Shown here in pieces: positions 62,272-64,000 of a stretch of DNA of 64,000 nucleotides (position 1 is its first letter; each line of letters begins with the position of its first letter). The stretch spans positions 723-64,722 of the forward strand of contig JAHFEW010000008.1 in the NCBI GenBank assembly GCA_023248215.1, given 5' to 3'. The translations under genes were made by a program, and so were the position numbers. The notes beneath the pieces were generated by a model that had not been told where the DNA came from, made no database searches, and worked only from the letters and a program-made list of their open reading frames with translations. This DNA is from Nitrospira sp. Its GTDB lineage: Bacteria; Nitrospirota; Nitrospiria; Nitrospirales; Nitrospiraceae.

Positions 62272-64000
62272 CTAGACATAGCGGTCACGCTCGCGACCCC
62301 ATTCGTACGCGTGGCCTTCTTCAACCAGGGCGAGCGTCTCAAACAGGCGTGGGGACACATGATCCAGAAATCGAGACGGCTTGGACAGCAGCATCCCCGA
62401 GCTTTTATCGTACACATTGATCGGATAGATTAAAAAGAGGTAGCGCTTCGCCCGCGTCACCGCGACATACAACAACCGCCGTTCCTCTTCCAACGCCTCG
62501 TCGGTATTGAACGAGAATACCGAGGGGAACTTCCCATCCACCACCCACAAGAGAAATACGCACTGCCACTCCAGCCCTTTGGCCGAATGGATTGTCGAGA
62601 GCACCACCTGCTCATCATCCTGCCCCGAGGGCTCCACTCCCACCGCACTGCCATCCGGCGGCGCCAGCGCCAGGTCGGCCAGGAACTCGGTAAGGCCGGG
62701 ATAGCTCTCTGCGATGGTATGCAGATGGTCGAGGTCCCGAATCCGCTTCGGATAGTCGTCATGGTGGTCTTTGAGGATCGGCAGATAATATTCATAAATC
62801 CGGTTGACCTGTTCGGTCGGACTCAGATCGTCGCTCTTCGAGAGGCTTTCGAGCACGAGGGCCAGCTCTTTTAACCCCTTGCCTGAACGGCCGCTGCTGT
62901 CTCGCAATACCTGATACGGTTCGTTCGTGCGCACCATGGCCGCCACTAAGTCTTGCGCCTTCTTAGGTCCGACACCCTCAACCAGCATGAGCACGCGATG
63001 CCAGCTGACCGCATCCTGCGGATTCACCACCACGCGCAAGTGCGCCAGGAGATCCTTTACATGCGCCGCCTCGATGAACTTGATCCCACCCCGCTTTACA
63101 AACGGCAACCCGCAGCGCGACATCTCGATTTCCAGATCGAAGGAGTGAAAGCTGGACCGAAAGAGTACCGCAATTTCATTCAGCGGCACGCCCTCTTCCC
63201 GCAGTTCCAGAATTTTTTGCGCCACAAATCGAGACTGCGCATTCTCCCCCGCTGCTTCCACCAGCGCAGGCAACGGCCCATCCAGCTTTCGCGTGAACAA
63301 ATGCTTCGTATATTTCTCCGGCGCTTCTTGAATGATCTCGTTGGCCACGCTGAGAATCGGCTGCGTGCTGCGGTAGTTTTCTTCGAGCTTGTAGATCTTG
63401 GCGCCAGGGAACCAGGAGGGAAACTCCATGATGTTGCGGAACGTCGCGCCCCGGAAGGCATAAATGGATTGTGAATCGTCCCCGACGACCATGACATTGT
63501 CATGAGTGGCAGCCAGTTTTCGAATGAGTTCCGCTTGCAGCCGGTTGGTATCCTGATATTCATCCACGAGAATGTATCGGAATTGTTGGGAAATAGCCTG
63601 CTGAGTGGGCTCATGCTCGGTCAACAGATCTCGCAGTAACACGAGTAGGTCGTCGTAGTCGAGCAGTTGGCGTTGCCGCTTCGCAGCGTGATAGGCTCGC
63701 TGCAGTTTCCCGAGATCATCGAGATGGTCTGCGAAATGCGAAAATTCTTCGAGAACAATCTCCTCCAGCCCGCGCAACGTGTTTTCGCACTTGCTATAGA
63801 TCTCTGTGATCGTTCCCTTGCGAGGGAACCGTTTGTCTTTCTCATTGAGCCCCATTTGGGCGCGCAACAGGGCGATGAGATCTTCGGCGTCGCCACGATC
63901 CATAATCGTAAACCCCGGCTCGATCCCGAGTACTCGCCCATGGCGCCGGAGCAACATATTGGCAACCGAGTGAAATGTACCCCCGCAGACTCGCTGGCTG
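62272..64000 (-). CDS. UvrD/PcrA/Rep-family superfamily-1 DNA helicase; N-terminus lies outside the window
   Basis: The frame stays open to the window edge (SQRVCGGTFHSVANMLLRRHG, the TFHS motif). Other helicase motifs are ILVDEYQDTN, VVGDDSQSIYAFRGA, TIHSAKGLEW and LLYVAVTRAK. Confidence 0.85.
   Translation of the reverse strand, partial: SQRVCGGTFHSVANMLLRRHGRVLGIEPGFTIMDRGDAEDLIALLRAQMGLNEKDKRFPRKGTITEIYSKCENTLRGLEEIVLEEFSHFADHLDDLGKLQRAYHAAKRQRQLLDYDDLLVLLRDLLTEHEPTQQAISQQFRYILVDEYQDTNRLQAELIRKLAATHDNVMVVGDDSQSIYAFRGATFRNIMEFPSWFPGAKIYKLEENYRSTQPILSVANEIIQEAPEKYTKHLFTRKLDGPLPALVEAAGENAQSRFVAQKILELREEGVPLNEIAVLFRSSFHSFDLEIEMSRCGLPFVKRGGIKFIEAAHVKDLLAHLRVVVNPQDAVSWHRVLMLVEGVGPKKAQDLVAAMVRTNEPYQVLRDSSGRSGKGLKELALVLESLSKSDDLSPTEQVNRIYEYYLPILKDHHDDYPKRIRDLDHLHTIAESYPGLTEFLADLALAPPDGSAVGVEPSGQDDEQVVLSTIHSAKGLEWQCVFLLWVVDGKFPSVFSFNTDEALEEERRLLYVAVTRAKRYLFLIYPINVYDKSSGMLLSKPSRFLDHVSPRLFETLALVEEGHAYEWGRERDRYV

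Overview
The window is a mostly core chromosomal segment from a moderately GC-rich bacterium. Gene content and protein sequences look Nitrospirota/Nitrospira-like, but that assignment is inference only. All convincing genes except two are on the minus strand. I saw no rRNA, CRISPR array, transposase, integrase or phage genes.

Layout:
- 1-13.9 kb: a nitrogen-assimilation neighbourhood. It holds nadE, a urease cluster (ureABC, ureF, ureG, ureD, no ureE) interrupted by a fused nirB-nirD assimilatory nitrite reductase, a small lipoprotein gene ahead of ureA, a chimeric porin/UrtE-tail ORF, and a 117-bp palindromic element. Two paralogous plus-strand coiled-coil lipoprotein genes bracket this region.
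- 13.9-21.9 kb: a small HTH gene, pilMNOPQ, a 99-aa chorismate-synthase fragment, aroB, and a GAF-GAF-ANTAR regulator.
- 22-27 kb: lptC-lptA-lptB-rpoN-hpf-rapZ.
- 27-61 kb: the classical translation/transcription super-cluster. In transcription order it runs tRNA-Tyr/Gly/Thr-tuf, rpmG, tRNA-Trp, secE-nusG-rplKAJL-rpoBC, rpsL-rpsG-fusA-tuf, then the S10, spc and alpha operons.
- 61-64 kb: an HExxH signal-peptide protein and a UvrD-like helicase that runs off the window.

I found no clear-cut novel multi-gene system. The observations most worth follow-up are:
1. rplJ has no stop codon and reads in frame into rplL, giving a 311-aa L10-L7/L12 ORF. rplL keeps its own Shine-Dalgarno site and ATG.
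2. A porin-N-terminus/UrtE-C-terminus chimeric ORF looks like the scar of a deleted urea ABC transporter, with a MITE-like palindrome next to it.
3. The urease accessory genes are split by nirBD. There is a canonical terminator after ureF, and a sigma-54-like promoter plus upstream inverted repeat ahead of nirBD.
4. A decayed aroC fragment sits between pilQ and aroB.
5. The paralogous coiled-coil lipoproteins are of unknown function.

All homology calls come from reading the translated sequences by eye. No database search was run.
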